Assembly (NCBI GenBank): GCA_002633005.1
Contig: NMRA01000076.1
Location: forward strand, 808,748-872,747
Source: Phoronis australis
Taxonomy: Eukaryota > Animalia > Phoronida
Direction: 5' to 3'
DNA length: 64,000 nt
The translations under genes and the position numbers were made by a program. Shown piece by piece: positions 52,497-64,000 of the stretch; position 1 is the stretch's first letter, and each line of letters begins with the position of its first letter. A model generated the notes under the pieces. It saw nothing but the letters and a program-made list of their open reading frames with translations. It ran no database searches and was not told the origin of the DNA.

Positions 52497-55400
52497 TGCT
52501 TAGGCCGCTGGGGTAACAAAACCACAAATGCTAGTGTAGGAGTTGTCTCACCACTGCAATTATCTATACAGGAGGTGAATGGCTGGTGTTGACTGGTACA
52601 AATGTGTAGAACACATCTAACTACGACCAATTGGCAAAAAAACACATAAACACCCATAATTAGACAGAAAATTTGACATAATGACACGAGGTGTTGACAG
52701 GTTGGATTTGTTGTGATTTTTCGCATTTACCCATTATGGTGTAGCAAACGGTTATATACCTCATTGTACAACGTTTAAGAAATCATAATGGCTTAAAGAT
52801 TCTGAAAAAAGACGGTGTTGTGGATAACTTTTTGCAAAGAAACGGAATTTCTTACATTAATTATTTCAAAATAATGTTTTGTACCTGCTGAACGATCTTA
52901 CGAAAGTAAATATTAATAGATATATGAACTGGAAGCTTCCCTAATCAAAAAAGTTTAGCTTTCCATAAAAATGTCACATCCCACAAAATTAAACAGTCTG
53001 CCCAAGGGCGTTAACCTAAGAAAGCACTTGAGACCCTACAACTCCAAAAATTGTTCTACCTATTAACCCTTCTTCATTATGCAACCCCTAAGCCCTAGTC
53101 AGCTGGCCAGATAGCCAGTCAGTCTGGGGACAAACTGACCCCCAAGCAACATTAGGGAAAGTAGAGAACCTGTGAGATCTCACAGACCAATTACAGTCCC
53201 AGTGGCAACCCCATTGATGACACAAGTCTGCAACCTTTCTCTGTATTGAGAAAGGGCAATTGTTTGAAGGGTGAAATTCATACCAGGACAGCACCACCAA
53301 ATGATAGCATCATTGTTGGTCTGGTTGAAAAATGATCATCTAATTGTGCCTCCACCCTTGTGGAGCCTATTAAATAGAAAAATTTTGTTTTAAATCCTTG
53401 AAAGCAGACAAAAGACTGAAACCAAGGGGTAGACAGACGACATCTGTTTCTCAATTGAACCAACAAACTAAAAAATTAAAAGTTGCAAAGCAATAATAAA
53501 GCAGAAACCAATCAAACAAAACACGTATTAAAAAATATATATACTTAATAAAAAACACAGATTATTCAAACACATGAAACAAGTCACAAAAACTTTCTTA
53601 TTGGAAAGCACAGTTGAATCGTCCTTATAATAACAAAAATTATTGGACAAAATATATTCCTTAAAAGTCAAGAATCCTTCAAAAATAATTGTGAAAAATA
53701 TATTTCTTAATCAATTGTTGATGTTTCTCATGTTGAAGGAAAAAGTACGATATCCCTATCTTGCTACCATAGTAACTTGAGCACCTTACCTCTTAAATTT
53801 CGATTACATTTTAATGGCAAACAAGATTCTGACATTCTCTCAGATCAACAACAAACCTGTGAGTCCAGTTGATCTCAGCTCACACAACACAAGGGTATTA
53901 CATACAACACAGTCACACTATAACACAAATATGACTTTCATTGTATAACTTTGTCATCACAATGGTAGGGTCAACAGACCTATCTCATGATCTGCAAGAT
54001 TGAAATTCTAAAGCAATTAACAAATCAAAACATGCCCTCCCCTAGTCACAAAGTGCTGTGTTTGGCCAGACTGGTGGTGAATGTCAGAGGCAATTGAGTC
54101 TCCTGACTGCACAGGTGAGAAAAGAGTCTGATTTCATAGTATCAGGAGGGGTCCTTAAAGGCTCTATAATTTAGCAGGAAATATGGAAGTCAAATGGAAT
54201 TCTATAGTGTAGGATTTATCAAACGCTATCTTAATTTCAGCTCGTTTTGTACTGTCAAACACCAATGAAACAAAACCTTACTCAGGTAAAATTTTCAGCA
54301 TTTTTAAAATGAATCAGATATAATATTTCAAACCTGGAAGAAAGTGTAATTTTGCAATTATTTTTAGGGAAATTGAAGATATATATTATGATAACAACTC
54401 CTTATTTTCAGACACTGAAATATTATTGTCTAAAAATGTGGAGCCCTGTCCATGACTTTGAATTGAATAAAATCATTTGGTTACCAGGAAATGCTGATAA
54501 ATGGTGTCGAAAATTCCCAAAATACAATCAAAGGGCACAATGTGCTTCTCTTTTATCAAATTCTCGATTCTTTCTTTTTTCCTTTATCTAATTCTAAAAC
54601 TGAGCAGGCATCCTAAATGGAGCCTTTCAGGGCTGTCTGGGGCTTAGGTAGACTGGCTTTACATACTTAGCACAGAGCAGACCCCTTGATACAAAAGCTT
54701 ACATCAGTTCACAAATTACTGCATAATCTTTGAGCACAAATACCCCACCATTACCCACAGAAATAACACATAATACTGACTAATACCTGGCTTTATTGAG
54801 GCTCTTGACTTGATTGAGGAAATTGTTGGTGTCTGAAGAAGTTATTGCCACTTTCATAATTAAAACATAAAAAAGGATGAGTGAAATAGATTGTGTCCAT
54901 TCGCATGATAGGGTTTATTAATCAGATGCAAACCACTTTGTTTAAAGTAACATTTAGTTGAATGTTAATCACTGTTTGAATAAATAGGGCAGAGAAGTGG
55001 TAACCTTCCAATGACAATTTTTACACACTACTTAGAAATCCTTGAACATGCATAGTACTCATTCTTTTTTGATGATTGCTTCCATGAAATCTGTGTATAT
55101 TTAATTTACTTTAAAAATTCAGTGAAAACTCTCCCAAATCAGGACATAAATTGGCACAGGTTATAATTTTTCATTTTCTCATGAAAGATCAGCATAGTAA
55201 AAAATACTTTGAAGTTCAATACCACACCATACCAGTTGAGAATGATTTGAGAAATTATAGGCATAATCGTAACACTGATAGAAGCGTTTCAAAGTGAAAC
55301 AATTGTTTGGCGATTACGTATTTTTGTTTAGAATTGCTGATATTCTCGAAGTTAGGGGATAATTCACCTGATGAGATGGCTTTGTCTACAAGAAACTAAA

Positions 55401-58400
55401 ACATTTTACGATTTCGAACGTTATTTCAACTTATACGTAAAAAGTTAGATAGATATTTTCTTCAATTTTGGATGAAGACAGTATTCATAAAGTTGCCATT
55501 TCCATTTTCAAAAGTTTACTGTATTGTTGCAGGTGCTCAAAATTCAACTTATTCTTTTATTATTCTTCATAGTCACCATCACACTGACAGTCTGAAAATT
55601 CATGGGCATTTGCAATCATGTTAGAAGCCCTTAAAAAATTTAAAAAGTGCAGTTTTGGCGATTAGTTTTATCTGAAATTGGCGAGATTTTACTACAATCC
55701 TCCCATAAAATGTCCAGACTTATCTTTTTTGCTGAGCAACTTGACAAAACTAAGTCTTCTTTTCAGTCATGTCATGTCATTCCCTAAAATGGGGCATTCG
55801 CAGTAAATTTCAAAATAACAACATGGAGAGAGACTAGGTTAAGTAAACCTTGCTTCAAAGAAAATAACCCACCGCTATATATGATAATAATGGATTTTTG
55901 TTTCAGTAAAGTCGTACAAAAATCTAATACCTCGTACAGGCATTGCGAGTATAGGAAAACAACAATTCACCATGACAATTTTGTACAAATTAAAAGAATT
56001 CTCCGGAGACAATCTGTCAGCGAAGCTTACTGCCAGTTGAAGTACGTAATACCTCATGAAAAATCCCAATCGGAATGCGAGTCATTTTGCTGAAACAATC
56101 ACTGCAAACAGCAATTTACTGACCAAATTAAACAAAATCAAATATAAGCATTTGGAATTAGTCAAAACCCATTACCACAGCTGATTTAAAATAGAAGGCA
56201 CAAACTGTGAAATATATGATTTGCACAACTTCGGCGGAAACTTTCAATCCCACGTGCACTCGTCACGCAACTATGGAAAACCGCCATTTTTTCCCTGAGA
56301 CTTTTAGCGAGGGTACATGTTATGTACTGAAAATGACCTTGCTTCAGGAGCAGGAGAATCCAGAACTGTCTACTAGTGTCAAAACACGATAACTTCTTCC
56401 ATCAACAAATAAAAAAATTATTAGATACTAAAGTTAATCAAAATTCTGTCCCTCATTCTAAAACCAGCTAATCTTTGAACAGAGGTGTAATTTTATACTT
56501 ATTGAAAAAGGCGTCCTGCCTTTTTGTCGGTAACTGTCTAAAGATGATCTAGTTATTGATAGCATAGGATTCAATAATGTTAAGTTGATATCTTTAATAA
56601 TTTTCCTTAGGTTTTGATACCTGAGGGGTGCCTTGAGTATTATGAGACATCTAAAAATGAATTATTTAATTTATTCCTGACAACCAGTAGACAATATTTT
56701 GATACACCTTTAAAAATGTATTCCTTTTCACTGCACAGATACATTCAACACGGCCAATAACTAGATCAGCAATTTTACCACAATCTCAAGCAGTGTTGTT
56801 GTTTGAATTTGTAAAATTTCAAATCAAACACCAAGCCTTGTATATATCCTTATCACTACACACACCAGTTACCATACTCGGAACCTAACAAACGTATTTT
56901 TAAGCACAAAACAAGAAAAAAAATCAAAGAAAATTTATACAGGAATGTCTAGTTGTACAAGGAAATGACCTTGACACTGGGCCAATTCTTCACTTAATAC
57001 AGTATGGCTGAAGAGTGAAATTCTATTTTGTCAAATTTCTCCATAAAAATTAAGATTAAGACAATTTCAAATTTTAGTTCGTAACTTATGGTTTGTGCTG
57101 CATAGATGTCATAAAAGAACATTAAGTAAACTCCCATTTTATGCCAAAATATTACCAGTTTCCGAAAAATGGAAAATGACAATTTTGGAAATTATTTGCA
57201 TATGAAATAAGGAGAGAGAATTATCGTTAAAGGCTATCGAGGGAACACCTCTGCATCAGACCCCACATTGATTTAGACAATCCCAGATCTAAATGACAAC
57301 TCCTGTCTGCTCTCAGTGGGCATTTATGAAATACAATAACCCACAATTGTAAATTTAAACAAATACAATACTGTACTCATTGAATTAACACCCAGAGACT
57401 AAACAAAGACTAAACAAATTAGGAAGTGGAGTTATGCCCACCATTGGGGATGGGACACAAAATATTTGCAGTTGCTCAATTAGATAACGCATAATTCCTT
57501 CACTATTTTTGCACGCCGGTGCCATAACATTAGAATGTGCACGAGCCGAAACAACTGTTTCACATCTACTTCAATAGAGAATGGGTATTTTACCATCCGA
57601 AAGGGTTAGGTGGTGGCAGTTCTTTACTCAAAGGTAAGCGAGTTCCTTACATTTTGAGAGCCAAAATCTCTCGAGACGGGCATTCGCAGACACACCATTC
57701 GCAGACACACCAGCACTACTAAGGAAGCCTCGAGCTCATAAATTGGAGTTGGGCGTTTATCCCACACGTGTAAACAATTAGAAAATAAACGTGTTTTTAG
57801 ATATCTCTAAATGGGAATAAGAAACATCAGAAAAATAGTAAAAGTGGCAAATGGAAAAAAACTGCCGTTGTTTAGCTACGAGGAGGCGACTGCAATCTAA
57901 GATGACGCCTCCGTAAGTGTCGGTTTAAACCTCTTTACTGTAATGACAACATAATTACTAGACTAGCACAAACTAGGACTCGCCAAGCACAAACTACCAA
58001 CAATTTAGAAAACCTGTCCTATCATTAAGAAGATTTAGAAACTGGGGATAACTGAGAGAAATCGCCTTAAAGCCTCAGCAGAGGCAAGTTTTGTGACAAA
58101 TGCAGACATTTGTTGTCATAAGTAGCCAATTATTGCTGGATTACTTCTCCTATCCAACATGGATTTAGAGCAGAGACATTAAGGAGACAGTCTTCAACAG
58201 AACAAGTATGTCAATTTACACACAAAGCTGCCTAATCATAGGTAAAACACCACTCAAATATTCTCTTTAGTATGACTTAAATTCAGTGTATAATTCATTG
58301 TTCATTTGCTTAGTCAAGTCAATTATTTTTAAATCTATAGTGTGACTGAAGTTTATTGACATTTACCATATATTTAAAGGTAATTTGTTTAACTAATGAT

Positions 58401-58986
58401 GTTGGTAAATCTTAGAGGAAGGTTAGGGACCAATTTAGAGCTTATAACCCTGAAAGCAAAACTATAAAACTTTCTTACACTGAACATGGTTACATTCAGC
58501 CTGATTTAACCTTTCACAACAATAAGCCTCAAAACATCATTCACCAGCAGGACCCATCCAGACAAATAAGCAAGTCTTCCTTCCCTCTTACCAGCAGGCT
58601 AATTGCAGAATTGTATTGAATTTCAATTTGTGTGACTCAAATTATGAGACTGTTGTGACTGGCGAATTAAAATGGATTACTAGTGGTAAAGTATAATTTT
58701 AACCACCAAAAACAAAAACAGTTTACCACAAGATCAGCAGCTGTCTGGTCAGAAAATTGGCACTTGTCCACTGGAGGTTGTGACCAATAGGTGGTGCCAC
58801 CAGACAGGTGCAATTCTAAACAGCATCAACATGGGTGCAGAATAGATGTCTGACATAATCTTGCCTGGACAATCTTTCAACTATTTTAAGTGGTTGGAAG
58901 AACTACCTTATTCTAAGAATAAATTAGAAAAAATGAAACAACAAACAAGACAGTAGGGACGTGATGCACAATCTTTTAGTCTTTAA

Positions 58987-59809
58987 GGTTATGTAGGAAC
59001 CTAGAAAAACGTCCAAATTTCGCTACCAAGAAAATGGACTTTGATGATTTTCATGAAAAAAAATCAAAAGTTGCAGAAAACAAATACTAAACGATAATTT
59101 AGAAAACTGTAACAGCATTTTTGAGATTAAATCTTGAACATTTATAACATTGTTTTGATACCAATGAACCTTCAGACATTGTCACGTGACCCAGTTAATG
59201 AAAAATAATTAAGAAATCAAATATTCAAAAAGTTCGAACCATCGAGTAACTCTCTCCTGTGGAAATATTTTGAAAATGTAAATAATTACATGTCCAGGTG
59301 ATCTTTTTTAAAGGTCACGTAGGATTTCAAGGAAAAGTGTCACTGCACTTAGTCACATATTTACAAAAGTATAAATTAACTCCATCAACGTAAATATTTG
59401 TCAGAAGGGAGGAAACCTGTAGTATTTGACTTTTGATTCTATACCTCAGTAATTGGGTTACATGACCATTTTTTAGCAAAAACAGCAAAAAAGATGCATT
59501 AATTGGAAAACAATGGTCTCGATATCATAATCTGATTTCATTTAATATAAATAATTAGTCAAAATGAGTCAAATAAGTTGTTGTAGTTTTCTTAAACACC
59601 ACTTTGCTTTCACTTTACTCAACTTTTGAGGTTTATATAAAGATTATAAAAGTTCTGCTTCTTTATAACCCTTCATGCAAAAATAAACACGTTTAAGTAT
59701 TCCTAACAGCATTTTGGAAAACAGTTTCCCAGCATTCCAATCGGACATTTCTGAGACATGACATCCGAAATTAATCAAATTTGAATGTTTTCTACATTCC
59801 CACAAAACC
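58987..59809. mobile_element. Non-autonomous Kolobok-type DNA transposon
   Basis: TTAA|GGTTATGTAGGAACCTAGAAAAACGTCCAAATTT ... AAATTTGAATGTTTTCTACATTCCCACAAAACC|TTAA: ~34 bp imperfect TIR, TTAA TSD, GG termini. Confidence 0.75.
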
Positions 59810-61144
59810 TTAACTTAGACTGGTATGAAAACACCAAAGTAAGTTTTTTAAATATTTTCAACAAAAAATTTGGGGCACAACCAAACTTTTGTAAGTAAAA
59901 AGTGTGTTTAAGATCAGGACTAGAGTGCAGTTACATTTGCCAGGATTGTTGTCTGATGCTCAATATAGAAAAAGAAGCGAGTGTTACTTAGCAATGAACT
60001 GTTTTTAGCAAAGAACAGACCACCATGACTGATTTACAAAAAACAGTAACATTCTTACCTTTTTATAAGCATTCCAGGAAATATTAAAACAGTATCGCTA
60101 GTTTCAAACAAGAAAGCCAGGAAGTGTGACTGAAGTCCATCAGTATAGCTAACATGAAATCTTTAAGCAAATCTAAGTCAATACCTGAGTTGGGAATGCT
60201 TAATTAAAATAACATGCCCAATGCCTCACAGACAAAGGGAGAACTTGGCGGTTTGGTGAAAAACAACAATAGAATCTGATTGAACTGATCACGTTGCCAA
60301 GGTGACAGGCAAGTTAATCCCTTGAAATAATTAGGAAAGATCAGTAATGACAGTAGGGTTTAATAATTTACGTAAAAAGTCTAAACAGCCATTATTGCAT
60401 TTTTGCAAAGAAGGCAAATGTGAAATCCTAGTGTTAACTAACACAATAAAAACCTACGATTTTAAGGTGTATTAGGTGAACAAGTACAAAATATTAGTAC
60501 AACTATAAAAATTAAAAACAAAACAAATTTTGCAACACGAGTGTCTGTAGAGATCCCTCAGAAAATAATTCAAGCGTACAGGCAATGAAGTGCTCCAACG
60601 ACAGCTCTGAACCATTTACTTTATGAATATGGTTCTTTACTCCAATAAAATGACTTTTAAACAATGTATTCTCAAGTTGTAGTACTCATTTACTTTTCAC
60701 GGTGTTAAAACTAGTCACCTATAGTTTTTGTTACCAAACAATGGAATTCGAAGTGACTGCCAACTTTATGTGTCAATGACATTATAGTCGGTGAGAGTGA
60801 TGACAGGTAATTTAAGTATACTGCCATTTAAAATACCTATTAGAAATCATACACCATCAAGCTGACAATGGCAGTTCCTAATCAGCATGTGATAAAAACA
60901 GTTATCTTTTGTTACGAAATCTTTTGCTCAAGCAACTACTGCATTTCCCAATTTGACATTATTTTCACTTCAGAGAAATTGCAAGATTTATAAGACTTAA
61001 GAAACCGTTTATCTGAAAAGTGCGAGACAGTTTCAAAACCCCAGGAGTAGCACCAGAAAAAGATAACCATCTTAGAATGATATATGTCAAAATGCGAATT
61101 TTGGAATTATAATTAAATGTACCTTAGATGACACATTTCAAAGA

Positions 61145-61477
61145 ATTGAAGCAGCATTGAACCTTGGCTTTCTGTCAAAAACTGCTCTACAGTTTAAAAA
61201 TAGTCAACCTTGTTCCTAACACTGGGCTTGGCAACAATTCATAGTTGGCTATTTCTTCAAACAAAGTTCATGAAATTTCAGGATGTCACAATTTTGAAGG
61301 TGACCTAAATCTATTTCTTCAAACAAAGTTCATGAAATTTCAGGATGTCACCATTTTGAAGGTGACCTAAATCTAATTCTTCAAACAATGTTCATGAAAT
61401 TTCAGGATGTCACCATTTTGAAGGTGACCTAAATCTAAACTTGTTTTTGACAGAAAGCAATGGTTTAATGCTTCAAT
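61145..61477. mobile_element. MITE-like element with ~35 bp inverted repeats enclosing a 3 x 62 bp tandem array
   Basis: agcattgaaccttggctttctgtcaaaaac versus gtttttgacagaaagcaatggtttaatgct. Array units start at 61249, 61311 and 61373. Confidence 0.75.
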
Positions 61478-62629
61478 AACTTTATAACAGACACGTTTCT
61501 AATAAATGTTCGCGAGTTCTTTAGGGTTTCTATCAACTTCATAACACATCAACTTTTTCATGTCATTTGGTTCTCTGTGCTAAAATAACAGTGCATCGCC
61601 ATCCATTCAAGTTAATGAAAATTTAATTAGTAGCCTCAGATGTTTCAACCGAGAGAATCACTTCACGTGCTAAGACGCGCAGTGGCTGTTTGCCGTCAGA
61701 TGAAACCAAAACTCGCTTTTTCATCCCATTTATTCGCACATGTAACTGAATTTGTGAAAAAGCAAAGTCATCCACGCGGAAGAAATCCAGTGTGAGAGTA
61801 TATTGAGTTACACAGTTCCTGAAAAACTCAATTAAAAAGAGAGAAAACTAAGTTAAAACCGAAAGATGCACCGCAACACGGGGGATTAAGCTAATGTGAT
61901 TTTTGTTCATCATCACCCAAGTGTAAAATCAACGTAATGGAGACTACGTTCTAGGCCGCTTGCGTTGTCAACTCTTCCTCCGCTAATTAGGAGTGTCAGC
62001 GAATCACAGCTTCCGCAACAGTTTCACACTCAAAGACCACATAGCTAACAGATTCGCCTACATGTAATGCACACTGGTGAAAGCTTAAAGAGCATTTAAA
62101 TCAGAAATAATGGCATTACTTATTACTAGAGATAAGTATGAAGTGCGAACACAAATTCACAAGTTTTATAAAAAAAACGTTTTTGAGCACTTTTTACAGC
62201 TGGCAGGGGATTCAGAAAGGAGAAGCCATTAAAGGTGAAAAAATCTTACATCTTAAACCCTGTCAGGATTTGATTGGCAGGTGAGAGAAACAACAAACTA
62301 CACTCACAAGAAAAATGGCAATTGTGAAACTGTAGTCAGAAGGTTGGCAGACAACAGACAGCCTTGTTTATGAAGCTTAAAAATCCTGCAGTAAATTTTA
62401 AGCTTAATTGTTGTTTATGCCAGAAGCCATCAAAACATTTAAGATGTTCTTTGTTAAAATTATTCAGTTTCAAGAATGGAAAAATCAATGAGAAATTTTG
62501 GAGAAAAATGTGTAAGCTGTTGTTGACCTTAACCTGTGCAAACCTACTCTAGATCTGTCATAAACATATTAATACTTTAATCATCAAATCAAATCAAGAT
62601 GTACAATTCAATGAGTGGAAAAATAACTA

Positions 62630-63390
62630 GGTTTTCCTATCTTGTGTAACAACGCAAAATGCAACGTAAATCATAGACATGTATTATTATTTTGTGAATC
62701 AAAAATGGAACACAAATTATAAACATATGTTCCTATCTTGTGTAACATCGCAAAATCTAAAGTAAATTATAAGTATGTATTCCTATATTGCGTAACATCA
62801 CAAAATGTAACAAGTATATAACTTATAAACAAATAAAACAGATGCTGGAATGCCATGCAGTACTATTTTGTTTTATTTATATCCACCTTTCGTGACTCAG
62901 TGTCATGCCCTTGATAAAGAGTGCACCACTCAAAATATGGGAAATATTTTAATACATTTTAATACTGACGCTCCTCATTTTACTTTTACTATTTTAAATT
63001 ATGAATGTATCAACCGAAACTTGAGTAACATCGCAAAATGTAACGCAAATTATAAATAAGTCTTCCAATCTTGCGTAACATCACAGAATGTAACGTAAAT
63101 TATAAATGTGCATTCCTGTTGTGTGAAACATCACAAAATGTAACAATGTACATTATAAATAAATTATGTTCTTCGATCTTGCATAACATCACAAAATGTA
63201 ATGGAAATTATAAATATGTGTTCCTATCTTGTGGCACATTGCAAAATATAACATAAAATATCTATTTTTATGTTGTGTAATATCACAAAATGTAACGTAA
63301 ATTACAGTCATCTATCCCTACCTTATGTAACATGAATGCTAATCATAAATTCATGTTCCTATCTTGTATAACACCACAAAATATAAATGT
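62630..63390. repeat. Degenerate ~53 bp satellite in two blocks
   Basis: Recurrent ttcctatcttgtgtaacatcacaaaatgtaacgtaaattataaat units at 62630-62830 and 63020-63390. Confidence 0.8.
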
Positions 63391-64000
63391 ATTATATTTA
63401 CTGGACTTTCTAGAGAAACTTGAGTTACGTCTCATCACGTAAGTAAACCCAGCAACAATCTCGTTTCCATCGTATAATATAACGCTTCATACTGGATGAG
63501 TGATATAATCTCCACAGATAGATCACAAAATGTATTGTATTACTGCAGAGCAACATGAAAGTTAAACAACTAAGTGTTCATTTCCTGATAAGTACATTAC
63601 AAACTTGATCAATAACTTTCTCTTGTGATAAATTACAAAGAAATGACTTCATGGAAAGCCTTGTTTCCTTTCAATATATAAAAACCTCACTCAAGAATCC
63701 CTTTGTTTCCTGTGGACTAGCTCAGTGTGTGAATGTGTTCTTGTTAAATTTTACCACCAGGCGGTGCTAAGAAAGTTCAATATTTATCTGCCAACGAGAC
63801 CTTCAAGCCACTGTCATGATAGCTGGGTTTACTATTGGTATCCATCAACAGCTGTCTGTCACCACCAGGAATTATAGGGAATTTATCGGAAAGTTAGCAA
63901 CTTAAGTGCTATTCTGTATCCTATATGCCAGTATTAAGGCCCAATAAGCGTGTATCCCAAATACCAAATATGCATGTAGGGCCCAAACTATGAATTAAGG

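Noticed and set aside
1-64000. Prokaryotic or viral system (defence island, retron, CRISPR, operon), or a conserved miRNA/snRNA gene
   Set aside because: No long ORFs or gene-dense structure. I recognised no conserved animal miRNA or snRNA by eye, though an Rfam/MirGeneDB scan is needed to exclude them.

Overview
AT-rich, repeat-dense animal genomic DNA. The repeat types suggest a marine invertebrate, possibly a deuterostome (inference). It is not prokaryotic: there are no operons, long ORFs or CRISPR arrays, and I cannot confidently identify any intact protein-coding gene. The ORF track is mostly noise. By eye, the first ~11 kb is CpG-rich and the rest is CpG-depleted and A-skewed on the + strand, as expected for a methylated gene body or large intron transcribed on the - strand. 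A weak candidate terminal exon lies near 13.3-14.2 kb. The best-supported features are mobile elements. (i) A fragmented Penelope-like retroelement (44.65-46.15 kb) has RT N-terminal and GIY-YIG C-terminal remnants, an inverted pseudo-LTR, and minimal hammerhead-ribozyme motifs with a U3-A8 core variant. (ii) A complete non-autonomous Tc2/pogo-type element has TA target-site duplications (TSDs). (iii) A TTAA-flanked Kolobok-type element is present. (iv) There are several MITEs and foldbacks, a tRNA-derived element with direct-plus-inverted architecture, CR1/L2 LINE fragments and minisatellites. Two ~1.2 kb tandem duplications each have a single N at the junction and are most likely uncollapsed-haplotype assembly artefacts. 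I found no convincing wholly new biological system; the hammerhead array and the tRNA-foldback element are the most worthwhile leads.
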